Of a stretch of DNA of 64,000 nt, positions 7,699-17,987 are shown piece by piece (the first letter of the stretch is position 1; each line of letters starts with the position of its first letter). The stretch lies in contig DAOMFR010000003.1 of NCBI GenBank assembly GCA_035429885.1, positions 28,010 through 92,009 of the forward strand, written 5' to 3'. Source of the stretch: Blastocatellia bacterium. Its GTDB lineage: Bacteria; Acidobacteriota; Blastocatellia; RBC074. Under the pieces are notes generated by a model. That model saw only the letters and a list, made by a program, of their open reading frames with translations. It did not search any database and had not been told where the DNA came from. The translations under genes and the position numbers were made by a program.

Positions 7699-10510
7699 AG
7701 ACATCTTCCAAACTGCGTGCGACATGCCGCCCGCCGGGCGCGCAATGTATCTGGATGAAGCTTGCGCCGGTGACGAACAACTGCGCCGCAAGGTGGAAAC
7801 CATGCTTCGTCATCACGACGAAGATCAGGATTTTTTGGAAACTCCCGCCGTCGAAGACGCATTCAGGGAAATTGCCGAACAGCAAAAAAATCAATCTGGT
7901 AAACATCGTCCGGCGATGATTGGCCGGCAGATTGGCAATTACCGGATTCAGGCCCTGCTGGGCAAAGGTGGCATGGGCGAAGTCTATCTGGCTCACGACA
8001 GCGATCTGGATGTGGATGTCGCCATCAAATTCCTGACGGAAACGTACGCCGAAGACCCGGAATGGCAGGCTCGCTTTAATCGTGAAGGCCGTTTGAACGC
8101 CGACCTGACTCATCAAAACATCGCCGCACTTCGCCACAAAGGGCAGCTCGATGGACGCCCGTTTCTGGTGTTCGAATACGTACCCGGCCAAACCCTGGAC
8201 GACAAGCTGGCAAACGGTCCGTTGCCGGTCGCTGAAGCTTTGCCAATCTTTCAGCAATTGGCCGCCGGACTGGCCCACGCGCATTCCAGGAAAATCATTC
8301 ATCGAGACCTGAAACCAGCCAACATCAAAATCACTCCCGATGGCCAGGTTAAAATTTTGGACTTCGGCATTGCACGGCGAATCGCGACCGATCTGGCGAC
8401 CGTGGAGATGAGAACCATCGCTCCCGAAGAGCAACTAACGCGCGATTTTGGCGAAACTATCAAAGGCGAAATCATCGGCACGGTTGTGTACATGAGCCCC
8501 GAACAGACTCGCGGCGAAATGCTGGACGCGGGCACGGACATCTGGTCGCTGGCGTGCGTGATGTATCAAACCCTGACCGGCAGATTGCCATTCAAAGGCG
8601 TAGACACATACGACACGCTCAACCTGATTCGCGATCCGCGCCACGATGCCGATTGGCGAGCTCTGCCAACTGACACTCCCAAAAAGATTTTCCGATTGCT
8701 GCAGCAATGTTTTGTCAAAAGCCGCCAGTCTCGGTTGCCGTCAGCGGCCCACATCGTCGAAACAATTGATCAATTGCTCAGCCCAGCCATCAAACGCTGG
8801 AAGCGGATTGCGCTTACCGCAACAGCCGTCTTGTCTGTGACCACCGCACTGTTTTTATGGTTGTGGGCCAGCAGAACTCCGCCGCCGACGTATGTGGCAG
8901 TGATGCCATTCAATGAAAGCGGCGAAACTTTGAAAATTGGCGGAGGACTGGCCAAATCGCTGCGCGATTCATTGGCGACAGTTCCAAACCTGATGGTGCT
9001 TCCATATTCCGGCACAGGCGAAGCCAAGTTAGGAAGTCTTGCCCCCGACAGTTTAATCAAAGCGATGGGGGTCGAATGGTTATTGTCCGGCGATGTTCAA
9101 CATAATGGAGATGAAGTGGAGGTGCGGTTTCGTATTTTAGGGAATCGCAATCAGGCGCCAATTGAAGCCAGCGTCAAAGGTTCGCGGCAAAATTACTCGG
9201 AACTGTTGAACACGCTGACCAATCGAGTGTCTGGTTTGCTCAGAGTCACTGCGCCCAAAAACACCAGAATTGGGTTTAGGGACGAAGAAAAGTATTTAGC
9301 TGCAATTGCTTTGCTGCAATCTGACTTGACGGAAAATCTGGTGGATCAAGCTCTAACGTTGCTGGAAGAATTGGCGCGAACCGAGCAGGAACCTGCTCGC
9401 GTCCAAGCGATTCTGGCGCGTGCATATTTACGCAAAGCTTCTTTGTCCGGGAAAGACAGGCGCAACTGGGTCAGCAAAGCAGAAAAGGCGTCTGAAGACG
9501 CCATCCGGCTTGCCCCCGATCTTCACGAGGTAAAAGTGACGAGCGGGATCATGAAGGCGTTTGAGGAAGAAAACGAACAAGCAATCGCGATTCTGAAACA
9601 AGCTTGGCAAGCGAATCCTGATGATTCGATCGCCGCGCTCGAGCTGGCCAGAACTTATGAAGAAAGCAAACTGGATGCAGATGCTGAACGAACTTACAAA
9701 GAAATTATCAGCAAATGGCCCGGATACTGGCTTGGCCATCACGAACTAAGCTATTTCTATTTTTACCGGGGCCGGTTTGCTGAAGCGCAGGAACAGGCCA
9801 GGGTGGTGTTACAGATTAATCCAAACAATCAGGCGGGCTGGGCGAATATGGGAAATATTCAGCACGAGCTTGGAGAGTACCAGCAATCAGAGCAGACCTT
9901 TCGATACTTGCTTGATACCCGGAAAGATCTTTCACCCGGTGAGCAGGCATCGAACTGGTTGGCCATCGGGATTGCTCAGATTTTCCAGCAGCGATATGTG
10001 GATGCTGCTGCCAGCTTCACCCAGGCGTTGGAGATAGATAAAGATTCGCAAGACCCGACGTCGTGGGCATATCTGGGAGATGCGCAGAGCGAAATTGGTG
10101 GCGAAGCGAAGGCTGCCTATAATGCTTATACAAAGGCGATCCAAATTCGCCGCGAGAATGAACTAAGCCCTACTGGCATGGCGCGCCTGGCAGAACTGTA
10201 TGCGAAACGCAGCCGGTCTGGAATTGTCGGGCCGGGGCAGGTTGCCAAAGACCGACAGCTCGCGCTGGATACGATTCAACAGGTCGTCAACCATCAATCA
10301 GAAAATGCCGCGCTCAAATCAGATGCGCTTTATGCTGTGATCAAAACTTATGTGTTCTTGGATGAAGAACAAAAAGCCATCGGCTATGTTGACAGAGCGG
10401 TGAAGGCAGGGGTGGGAAAGGCTAGGCTTGAAAATGATCCGCAGCTTAAGAAATTGCGCCAGAGTTCTGATTTTCAGCAGGTGATGACGCGCTTCAAGCA
10501 ACAGCAATAA
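7658..10510 (+). CDS. Ser/Thr protein kinase with TM helix, TolB-N-like module and C-terminal TPR repeats
   Basis: SD GGAGA lies 8 nt upstream of the ATG. Kinase motifs are present: GKGGMGEVYLA, VAIKFL, HRDLKPANIKI, DFGIAR and SPEQ. A TM helix is present (IALTATAVLSVTTALFLWLWA). TPR-like repeats run to the C-terminus. Confidence 0.9.
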   Translation: MHPPMEAPARLTLEDIFQTACDMPPAGRAMYLDEACAGDEQLRRKVETMLRHHDEDQDFLETPAVEDAFREIAEQQKNQSGKHRPAMIGRQIGNYRIQALLGKGGMGEVYLAHDSDLDVDVAIKFLTETYAEDPEWQARFNREGRLNADLTHQNIAALRHKGQLDGRPFLVFEYVPGQTLDDKLANGPLPVAEALPIFQQLAAGLAHAHSRKIIHRDLKPANIKITPDGQVKILDFGIARRIATDLATVEMRTIAPEEQLTRDFGETIKGEIIGTVVYMSPEQTRGEMLDAGTDIWSLACVMYQTLTGRLPFKGVDTYDTLNLIRDPRHDADWRALPTDTPKKIFRLLQQCFVKSRQSRLPSAAHIVETIDQLLSPAIKRWKRIALTATAVLSVTTALFLWLWASRTPPPTYVAVMPFNESGETLKIGGGLAKSLRDSLATVPNLMVLPYSGTGEAKLGSLAPDSLIKAMGVEWLLSGDVQHNGDEVEVRFRILGNRNQAPIEASVKGSRQNYSELLNTLTNRVSGLLRVTAPKNTRIGFRDEEKYLAAIALLQSDLTENLVDQALTLLEELARTEQEPARVQAILARAYLRKASLSGKDRRNWVSKAEKASEDAIRLAPDLHEVKVTSGIMKAFEEENEQAIAILKQAWQANPDDSIAALELARTYEESKLDADAERTYKEIISKWPGYWLGHHELSYFYFYRGRFAEAQEQARVVLQINPNNQAGWANMGNIQHELGEYQQSEQTFRYLLDTRKDLSPGEQASNWLAIGIAQIFQQRYVDAAASFTQALEIDKDSQDPTSWAYLGDAQSEIGGEAKAAYNAYTKAIQIRRENELSPTGMARLAELYAKRSRSGIVGPGQVAKDRQLALDTIQQVVNHQSENAALKSDALYAVIKTYVFLDEEQKAIGYVDRAVKAGVGKARLENDPQLKKLRQSSDFQQVMTRFKQQQ

Positions 10511-10558
10511 ATTCCGTTGAGACTCGTCAATCTGAACGCTTAACTGAGGAGACTAATT

Positions 10559-11023
10559 ATGAAACGAAGAGTGAAGGTCACGTTATACAAAGACTCATTG
10601 GGGAATTATGCCGTTACGGCCAAACCGCCTTTAATAACGTTAGGTGAAAGGTTTGAAAGCGAAGATGGAGCGGAACTTGATCCCATGACATTGACCTGGG
10701 TCTTGGAAGAGCATGAAGAGAATCCCAATCCTCCGAACGCAAAAAGGCTGATCATCAAATTCGGAGAAAATTCGCCATTTGCAGAAGACGCCTCGAACGA
10801 ATACGTCGCCTCAGTTGGCGCGGATGGCGCACAACTGGAAACTGCGGCAATTAAGATCGGAGCCACTGCGGAAGACCTTACGCTTTATAAATACGATGTT
10901 GAAGTCATTGCTAAAGGGACTGATTTGGATGAGAACGGAAACCCGAAAGATGTTGTGGTCAAACTTGATCCGCACATCAGAGCCAAACGAGGCACCGTCA
11001 GGAAAAGCGATCTGATGGATTGA
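10559..11023 (+). CDS. hypothetical protein (paralog A of a tandem pair)
   Basis: SD GAGGAG lies upstream of the ATG, 48 nt after the kinase stop. It shares the pattern WV...L(I/E)I(K/R)F....SPF...(Y/F)(K/R)Y(D/T)V.V with the next ORF. Confidence 0.6.
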   Translation: MKRRVKVTLYKDSLGNYAVTAKPPLITLGERFESEDGAELDPMTLTWVLEEHEENPNPPNAKRLIIKFGENSPFAEDASNEYVASVGADGAQLETAAIKIGATAEDLTLYKYDVEVIAKGTDLDENGNPKDVVVKLDPHIRAKRGTVRKSDLMD

Positions 11024-11123
11024 AGCTACACCCTTATCTTGTTATGCCGTCGACGGCGTATCTTTGCCAAGCTTGGGAACACGTTGCGGTGAGTTGCCTT
11101 TCTCAATTTCAAGGAGATTTTCG

Positions 11124-11618
11124 ATGCAAAACAATCAGTCAGCCGAACCGGGAAAACCACAGGACGATTTTCAAAAACAATTGCTTCAAATGTCACCGGA
11201 AGAAATCCGATACAGGCTTTACCATCTGCCTTACGAAAAGTTGCAACAGGTTATTCTGAACATCACTCCTCCGGCTCCAGCGCAGAAAATAACGATTGCT
11301 GTAAAAATGCGCCGAGGCATTCCGGTTGATCTGGACATCAAACAAGAAGGCTGGAAAGTGTTGAAACAAACCGAGCAGGTTGTCTGGGTTTGTGATGGTG
11401 GCAAACTGGAAATTCGGTTTGATCGGGCCCTGAGCCCTTTTATCGGAGACAGGTTTGAAGTGCCGCAAAACGCCAAAGCGTTTTCAGGGAAACCAGATCC
11501 GAAACGGCTAAAAAATTCCGTTTTTCGATATACGGTGCTGGTTACCACCCCAGACGGCTTTTTCCTGAAGAAAGATGCAGAAGTTTCAATAGAACGAAAA
11601 TCTGCTGCTGCGAAATAA
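11124..11618 (+). CDS. hypothetical protein (paralog B of a tandem pair)
   Basis: I prefer the ATG at 11124, preceded by AAGGAG, over the upstream in-frame start at 11064. It contains VVWVCDGGKLEIRFDRALSPF...VFRYTVLVTT, which mirrors the previous ORF. Confidence 0.55.
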   Translation: MQNNQSAEPGKPQDDFQKQLLQMSPEEIRYRLYHLPYEKLQQVILNITPPAPAQKITIAVKMRRGIPVDLDIKQEGWKVLKQTEQVVWVCDGGKLEIRFDRALSPFIGDRFEVPQNAKAFSGKPDPKRLKNSVFRYTVLVTTPDGFFLKKDAEVSIERKSAAAK

Positions 11619-11641
11619 GCCTTTATCCAAGGAGCGAGAAC

Positions 11642-11687
11642 GCCTGCTCGGCATCAAGAAATTGACTGCTGGGCAGGCTTTGCTTTT
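11642..11687 (+). terminator. candidate Rho-independent terminator
   Basis: A 12-bp stem (11642-11653 with 11667-11678, including two G.U pairs) closes a 13-nt loop. The tail is TTTGCTTTT. It sits between convergent genes. Confidence 0.4.
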
Positions 11688-11985
11688 AGGCGATAGCGTC
11701 GTAAATCAATACCTTTGACCAACACTCGCCACACTCTTCCCGGAATTTGTCGTGAATGGGATCCACTTGATACGCTTCGTGGCCGGCTTCGTCATCGCAA
11801 ACGATGATCAATGCACAGGAATATGACCGGTCAATGATCGGACGGTCCGTGGAGGCGGGAGTGCCGACAAAGCCTTGGCGGACGCTTTTGATCGTGGTTA
11901 GCGAATTGACGCCCGCCCAAAACGTGGCGCGTTGTTCTTCGGTCAATTCGGGTTTCAGCCAGAAATAAACAGAGTGGATAAACAT
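11686..11985 (-). CDS. Dabb (stress-responsive alpha/beta-barrel) domain protein
   Basis: A 99 aa protein. MFIHSVYFWLKPELTEEQRATFW...HEAYQVDPIHDKF is the typical Dabb pattern. Confidence 0.85.
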   Translation of the reverse strand: MFIHSVYFWLKPELTEEQRATFWAGVNSLTTIKSVRQGFVGTPASTDRPIIDRSYSCALIIVCDDEAGHEAYQVDPIHDKFREECGECWSKVLIYDAIA

Positions 11986-12001
11986 GATCAGATTCCAGAT
12001 G

Positions 12002-12475
12002 TTAGGTAAGAGGTTTCAGGTTAAGAGCTCGTTCGATCAATTGGCGCTGGTCGTTGCTCAAGCTTTGGGGGAAAACGCCCGGCGCGAACCATTCGGCGCG
12101 ACTGATTTCACGGCTTTGCGGTTGAAAGGCAGTTTTGGAAGAACAGCGAAATATGATTTCGATTTGATTGTATCGTTCCAGCGCTCGAACAAATGCGATT
12201 TCGACGGAGTCAACTTCCAGGCCAATTTCTTCGCGTAACTCGCGGCGAATGGCAGCTTCAGGTTGTTCGGCCGGCAGGATAAATCCGCCGGGAATTCCCC
12301 AGCCTTCACCGGGACGATACCGGTGTTGCAGCAGCAGGATGCGACCAGCTTCGTCCGTTACCAACGCGCCAGCCGTCACGGTGAAGCGCGATTCCGTCAG
12401 CAACACACCCCATCGCCGAACTCGTTTCGGCACTCGCCGCCAGATTTTGCTTGCCAATTCGGCCAGCAGGTTCAT
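12002..12475 (-). CDS. NUDIX hydrolase
   Basis: The Nudix box is present: [27 protein letters not shown] prefer the start at 12475 (MNLLAEL...), which forms an ATGA overlap with the upstream stop (12475..12472). Confidence 0.85.
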   Translation of the reverse strand: MNLLAELASKIWRRVPKRVRRWGVLLTESRFTVTAGALVTDEAGRILLLQHRYRPGEGWGIPGGFILPAEQPEAAIRRELREEIGLEVDSVEIAFVRALERYNQIEIIFRCSSKTAFQPQSREISRAEWFAPGVFPQSLSNDQRQLIERALNLKPLT

Positions 12476-15400
12476 TCTTTGGTGATCGTTTCGTCCAGGT
12501 TCAGCAGAACGCGAGCCACCATTGTCCACGGAGCCAGTTTGGTCAGGTCAATGTCTTCAGGCAGCTTGTTTGTGTCGGGCGAAGACACGTAAACCGCCGC
12601 CGCGGTCTTTCCTTCGAACAGTTTCTGCTGGTCGGCCAACAGCGACAGCAACCGTTTGGTTTCCAATTCGGTTGGTTTGCGTCCAGTGCTCAGCCGGAAT
12701 GCATAAGCAACTTTTTCCGCGTCGGATGCGCCGCCTTCTCGAAATGCGCGCAGCGCCAAACCTTGAGCGGCTTCCATAAACATGATGTCGTTCAAGCTGG
12801 TCAGCGCCTGCAACGGAGTGTTCGACCGAATGCGACGTGTGCAGGCAAAGTCGCCGTTCGGTTGATCAAACACAATCATCGAAGGGTAGGGAACAGAGCG
12901 TTTCCAGAACGTGTACATTGCGCGGCGGTAACGGTCTTCGCCGGTCGCCGTCGGCCAGGGCATTTGCGCGCCGTAACCCAAGCTCAGAACTCCGTCAGGA
13001 ATTGGCGGGTATACTGAAGGGCCGCCGATTTTGCGGCTGAGCAGTCCACTAGCTGTCAGGACGATGTCGCGCACGGTTTCGGATTCAACTCGCAGCCGGG
13101 GCGAACGAGCCAGCAAAACATTGGTCGGATCGGCTTCCGCCAACTTCGGCGTCAGTTTGGACGATTGGCGATACATCGCTGAATTCGCGATCAATTTGTG
13201 AATGTGTTTGATGCTCCAACCGTTTTCCATAAACTCCACGGCTAGCCAATCCAGCAACTCAGGATGGGCAGGACGTTCGCAACGCGCGCCGAAATCTTCG
13301 GGCGTCGTCACCAGTCCCACGCCGAAATAACTTTGCCAGATACGATTGACGATGACGCGAGCGGTCAGCGGATTTTCTCTGGCGACGATCCATTTAGCCA
13401 ATCCCAGACGGTTGCGCGGAGCGTCTGCCGGAAATGCATGTAGCATCGCAGGCGTGCCCGCCGAAACCGTTTCAGCGGGGCGTTTCCAATCGCCGCGGCG
13501 AAAGATGTGCGTTTCACGCTGAATGCCGCGAGAGGCGAGCGCCAGGGTCGTTGCGCCGTACGGCCATTCTTTCATCAAATCATCAATCTGTTTGTTGGCT
13601 TCGTCGAATTCCGCAACGGTTGTGCGGTAGTAACTGAAAATCTGGTGTTGCTGATCCTGTGTGCGTTTGTCGGCTGGAACTGACAGCAACCGGCGCACGT
13701 TGGTCGGCAATGGATCGGCCTTGGGATTCACCGCGGTGGTGACCGAAATTCGGAAGCGTCCGATGTTCGGCATGACGTTTCCGATCCTGACCGTTTCGTC
13801 GGATTTCTGAGCCAGTTGAAAATTGAACGTTGTGCCGCCGTCAAAGCCTACAGGTGTGGTCGTCGCGAACACCATTTTGCGATCTTGGTTGCGGCGAACG
13901 TTCCCGGCGTCGCTGTTCCAATGAGTTTTCAGATTGCCGTCAATCACGTTTTTGACCGGAAAGTCGGCGCGTTCAAAATCTGTGGTCGCGTTTGTCAGCG
14001 GAACGGTGGCCAGTGCAGTCAGTTTGTCAGTTGGCGCGGCTTCGACGGAAAATTCCGAAACGAAAAAGCTCCCGTCGGGCGCGCGTCCTGGGCCGCCGCG
14101 CGGCAAAACTCCATCGGTCATAAATTCCAGCCGGAACCCTGTGATGTTTTTCAGCTTGGTTCGCGCCGTGATTTTGTAATTGTTGCTGGTGGAATTGTCG
14201 CCTTTGGCGATGAACGAACCATCTTCCAGTTTGTCGAACTTGACGCCGAATGCGGCGAAAATTTCGCCATCGGTCAACGGCGTCCATTCAATCTGATTTT
14301 GCTTTGCATCTTGTTCCCACTTGGCTAAACGGGTTGGCAAGTCCGTAGTTTTGGCCATCAGGTCATTTTCGATCTTGGCGACTTTCGACAGAATCTCTTG
14401 ACGCTTGGTGGTGATTTTGGCGTCGGGGACTTCGATTTCAGGTTCGTCGTCGCTGTTGAGGAAGGCGTAAAACGAGTAGTACTCCTTCTGCGCGATCGGG
14501 TCGAATTTGTGGTTATGGCATTGCGCGCAGTTGATTGTCAGTCCCAGAAAGGCTTTGCCGACGGCGTCCACGCGATCGATCAATCCTTCGACGCGGAACT
14601 GTTCGGGATCAACGCCGCCTTCCTGATTCAGCATCGAATTACGCAGAAAACCTGTGGCGACTCTCTGGTCCAGCGTCGGATTGGGCAACAAATCACCGGC
14701 AAGCTGTTCAATCGTGAACTGATCGAATGGCTTGTCTTCGTTGAAGGCTTTGATTACCCAGTCGCGATACGGCCAGATCGAACGCGGCAAATCTTTTTCA
14801 AATCCGTTGGTGTCGGCGTACCGCGCTGCGTCCAACCACCAGCGCCCCCAACGTTCGCCGTAATGTGGCGATGCCAACAGGCGATCCACCAGTTTTTCGT
14901 ATGCCTGCGGCGAAGTGTCGGCCAGGAAATCGTCAATCTCTTTCAAACTTGGCGGCAAGCCGGTCAAATCCAAACTCAAGCGGCGAATCAGCGTTTCTTT
15001 CGACGCTTCCGACGACGGAGCCAGTCCGCGCCTTTCAATTTCAGCCAGGATGAATCGGTCAATGGGCGTTTTTGCCCAAGCTGCGTTTTTGATTGGTGGC
15101 AAGGCTGGACGATTGGGCGCGACGAAAGCCCAGTGCTTGGCGACTTCTTTCTGTCCTTCGATTCCTCCGTCCGGCCAAACAGCGCCTTCCTCAATCCAGC
15201 GTTTGATCAATTCGATCTGCTCCGGTTTCAACTGGCCACCCATCGGCATGCGCGCCTCTTCGTTCAACCCCAACAGGCGATGCATCAACCGCGAATCTTT
15301 GCTGTTGCCGGGAATGATGGCTGCGCCGGAAACGCCGCCCTTCATCGCGGCGGCTTTGGCGTCGAGCCGCAATTGCGCCGAAGCCTTTTTCGCGCCGTGG

Positions 15401-15549
15401 CATTGTGCACAGTTCGCGGCGAAAATCGGCGCGATGTCGCGGTTGAAGTCCACCTTGGCCTGACTGGCCTCAGAAGCGAAGTTAAACGACAGCGCCAGCA
15501 CACAAATGGCGGCGACAAGACAAATCACGAGTTTGATTCGTTGCGTCAT
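12472..15549 (-). CDS. PSCyt (planctomycete cytochrome c) / DUF1549 / DUF1553 domain protein
   Basis: A signal anchor is present ([21 protein letters not shown]). The N-terminal haem motif is CAQCHGAKK, and a second [11 protein letters not shown] lies in the DUF1549-like part. There is a central discoidin-like block ([14 protein letters not shown]) and a DUF1553-like C-terminus. I prefer the ATG at 15549. Confidence 0.88.
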   Translation of the reverse strand: MTQRIKLVICLVAAICVLALSFNFASEASQAKVDFNRDIAPIFAANCAQCHGAKKASAQLRLDAKAAAMKGGVSGAAIIPGNSKDSRLMHRLLGLNEEARMPMGGQLKPEQIELIKRWIEEGAVWPDGGIEGQKEVAKHWAFVAPNRPALPPIKNAAWAKTPIDRFILAEIERRGLAPSSEASKETLIRRLSLDLTGLPPSLKEIDDFLADTSPQAYEKLVDRLLASPHYGERWGRWWLDAARYADTNGFEKDLPRSIWPYRDWVIKAFNEDKPFDQFTIEQLAGDLLPNPTLDQRVATGFLRNSMLNQEGGVDPEQFRVEGLIDRVDAVGKAFLGLTINCAQCHNHKFDPIAQKEYYSFYAFLNSDDEPEIEVPDAKITTKRQEILSKVAKIENDLMAKTTDLPTRLAKWEQDAKQNQIEWTPLTDGEIFAAFGVKFDKLEDGSFIAKGDNSTSNNYKITARTKLKNITGFRLEFMTDGVLPRGGPGRAPDGSFFVSEFSVEAAPTDKLTALATVPLTNATTDFERADFPVKNVIDGNLKTHWNSDAGNVRRNQDRKMVFATTTPVGFDGGTTFNFQLAQKSDETVRIGNVMPNIGRFRISVTTAVNPKADPLPTNVRRLLSVPADKRTQDQQHQIFSYYRTTVAEFDEANKQIDDLMKEWPYGATTLALASRGIQRETHIFRRGDWKRPAETVSAGTPAMLHAFPADAPRNRLGLAKWIVARENPLTARVIVNRIWQSYFGVGLVTTPEDFGARCERPAHPELLDWLAVEFMENGWSIKHIHKLIANSAMYRQSSKLTPKLAEADPTNVLLARSPRLRVESETVRDIVLTASGLLSRKIGGPSVYPPIPDGVLSLGYGAQMPWPTATGEDRYRRAMYTFWKRSVPYPSMIVFDQPNGDFACTRRIRSNTPLQALTSLNDIMFMEAAQGLALRAFREGGASDAEKVAYAFRLSTGRKPTELETKRLLSLLADQQKLFEGKTAAAVYVSSPDTNKLPEDIDLTKLAPWTMVARVLLNLDETITKE

Positions 15550-15674
15550 AAATCGGAATTCCAGTTGAAAGATTGCAGTTGTGACGGAATGAAACGACAG
15601 ACGTTTTATATTTGCTTTGCCCAGCAATGGCAAGCTTTACCCACTTGTTGCCGTGCGTGGTACTGTATCCGCCA

Positions 15675-17987
15675 ATGAGTCGAAAGAAACAAACTAATCA
15701 AACTGCCTCCGTGACGGACATTGACGAATTACTGGCCGCGATTCGCCGGGAACCTGACGGACTTTCCCTGGACGAACTGGCTGAGCTGTTTGAGCTTGGC
15801 CGCGCCGAACAGAAATCCGTGTCGTTGTTGCTCAGCCAGCTTCAGGGCAGCGGACTGTTGCGCCGACACGGGCAGGAATATCGCTGGGCGGATTCCAACC
15901 GAGCCTTGCTGGGGACTGTTCGCCAGCGTCGCCGCAAAACAATTCATTTCATTCCTGACGAAGCCTATGAGCGAGCGCGAGGCCGCATTCGCATCGCTGC
16001 CGAAGATTTGAACGGCGCGTTCGATGGTGACCGGGTTGTCGTCAGTCTGGGGCGAACAGCTCAGGGCAAGGACCGCGAAGCCAGGGTGGATATGATTTTG
16101 AAGCGCGGCCAGCTTCGCATCATTGGGCGACTGCATCACGGCTTCCGCGAATCGTGGGTGGAATCGCTGGACGAAAAGTTCCTGTTCGATATTGAAATCA
16201 GTGGCGGCGAAGCGGCGGAATTGAAAGACGGCTGGATCGTGCTGGTCGAAGTTACAGGTTATCCCAGCGGCTCCGCCAAACGCAGCGGCTCGCATCACCG
16301 CCAAAATCCGAAAGGCCGTATTGTCGAAAAGCTGGGCGCTTCCAGCAGCGAACCCGGCATGGATATCAACGTCGTGATTTACAAACACGACTTGCCGCAC
16401 ATTTTTCCTCCCGAAGTGCTGGCCGAAGCCAACGCGGTTTCTCCTGTTGTTACTGAAGAGCAATTGGCTGGCCGCTTGGATTTGCGCGAAGTTCCGACCG
16501 TCACGATTGACGGCGAAACCGCGCGCGATTTTGACGACGCCATCAGCTTGAAAAAATTGGACAACGGAAATTTTCAGCTTGGCGTGCATATCGCCGATGT
16601 CAGTTATTACGTCCGCGAAGGAACTCCGCTGGACGTCGAAGCGCGGTTGCGCGGAACGTCTGTGTATTTCCCCGAACGCGCGATTCCGATGTTGCCGGAA
16701 CATTTGTCGAACGGAATCTGTTCGCTGAATCCGAAAGTGGATCGCCTGACGATGTCTGCGCTGATGGAGGTCGATCGCCAGGGCCGAGTTGTCGGCTACG
16801 AACTGCGAGAAAGCGTCATCCGCAGCAACGAACGCATGACTTACACGGACGTGAACAAGTTGCTGACTCACGCTGATCCTCAGTTGGCGATGAGATACGT
16901 GGATTTGCAGGAGTTGTTCAAAACGATGGAAGAGCTGGCGCGCATTCTGATCAAGATGCGCACTCAACGAGGCGCGATTGATTTCAATCTGCCCGAATCC
17001 ATTTTTGATTTCGACGACGAAGGACGCATCGCCGGCGTGCTGAAAGCCGACCGCAACATCGCTCACCGCATCATCGAAGAGTTCATGCTGTTGGCCAACG
17101 AAACCGTCGCCGGGCATTTTCAACGGCTCGGAGTTCCTTCGATTTACCGCATTCACGAAGAACCGGAATTTCAGCGCGTGATGGAATTTGCTCAACTCGC
17201 CGCCAGTTACGGCTACAAATTTCCTGCCAGCGAAATCAGTTCGAAAAACTATCAGCAGTTGTCCAAACAGCTTGAAGGCAAAGCGGAAGAGCGGGTGCTG
17301 GCTTACGCGATGTTACGGTCGTTGCAGCGCGCGCGGTATTCCGCTCAGAACCTGGGGCATTTCGGATTGGCTGCGCCGGTTTACACACACTTCACGTCGC
17401 CGATTCGGCGTTATCCAGACTTGATCGTTCATCGCGTGTTGCGTGGGCTGCTGATGGCTGGGGACAGATACGGAACAGGGAGCGGTGGCGACCTGGTGGG
17501 CTCCGAAGGCCGTGCTTTACAAGACAACCGGGACGCTACCGCTTCCCGTTCCGTACCGAAGACTCGCAATGTGCCGAAACCGATTTCCTTCGGCGATCTG
17601 GAATTGATGGCGGAAGAATCCAGCGAACGCGAACGCGCCGCCGATGCCGCCGAAAACGAGATTGACGAATGGCGCAAAGCTGTTTTCATGGCTGAACGCG
17701 TCGGCGAAGAATTTGACGGGATGATTTCCAACGTCCGCGATTTCGGCTTTTATGTGGAACTGGACGAATTTTTCATCGAAGGTTTGGTTCCGGTTTCTTC
17801 CATGATTGACGACTACTACAACTTCGACGAACGCAGCCACACATTGATTGGCCGCAGCAGCAGGCGAAAATTCCGGTTGGGCGACCGCGTCCGCGTCCGC
17901 GTGGATCGCGTGAATGTGGATCGCCATTTGGTGGATTTTTCAGTGGTTGATGCTTCCAAACCGCGTAGCCGGAAAAAGCGGCGATGA
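15675..17987 (+). CDS. rnr: ribonuclease R
   Basis: The RNB catalytic region is present (TIDGETARDFDDAISL, VYFPERAIPMLPE, HFGLAAPVYTHFTSPIRRYPDLIVHR). A C-terminal S1 domain (GMISNVRDFGFYVEL) and a basic tail follow. I prefer the ATG at 15675 (MSRKKQ). Confidence 0.92.
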   Translation: MSRKKQTNQTASVTDIDELLAAIRREPDGLSLDELAELFELGRAEQKSVSLLLSQLQGSGLLRRHGQEYRWADSNRALLGTVRQRRRKTIHFIPDEAYERARGRIRIAAEDLNGAFDGDRVVVSLGRTAQGKDREARVDMILKRGQLRIIGRLHHGFRESWVESLDEKFLFDIEISGGEAAELKDGWIVLVEVTGYPSGSAKRSGSHHRQNPKGRIVEKLGASSSEPGMDINVVIYKHDLPHIFPPEVLAEANAVSPVVTEEQLAGRLDLREVPTVTIDGETARDFDDAISLKKLDNGNFQLGVHIADVSYYVREGTPLDVEARLRGTSVYFPERAIPMLPEHLSNGICSLNPKVDRLTMSALMEVDRQGRVVGYELRESVIRSNERMTYTDVNKLLTHADPQLAMRYVDLQELFKTMEELARILIKMRTQRGAIDFNLPESIFDFDDEGRIAGVLKADRNIAHRIIEEFMLLANETVAGHFQRLGVPSIYRIHEEPEFQRVMEFAQLAASYGYKFPASEISSKNYQQLSKQLEGKAEERVLAYAMLRSLQRARYSAQNLGHFGLAAPVYTHFTSPIRRYPDLIVHRVLRGLLMAGDRYGTGSGGDLVGSEGRALQDNRDATASRSVPKTRNVPKPISFGDLELMAEESSERERAADAAENEIDEWRKAVFMAERVGEEFDGMISNVRDFGFYVELDEFFIEGLVPVSSMIDDYYNFDERSHTLIGRSSRRKFRLGDRVRVRVDRVNVDRHLVDFSVVDASKPRSRKKRR

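Noticed and set aside
7595-8434. A 279 aa ORF antisense to the sigma/kinase junction.
   Set aside because: It lies opposite canonical kinase subdomains and has no motifs of its own.
14398-15678. A 426 aa ORF antisense to the PSCyt/DUF1553 gene.
   Set aside because: This is a shadow ORF opposite a well-supported CDS. It has no SD and an R/F/Q-rich composition.
15729-17195. A 488 aa ORF antisense to rnr.
   Set aside because: It lies entirely within and opposite to a gene with unambiguous RNase R motifs. Its translation is R/Q/F/A-rich low-complexity sequence with no recognisable motif. This is a typical shadow ORF.
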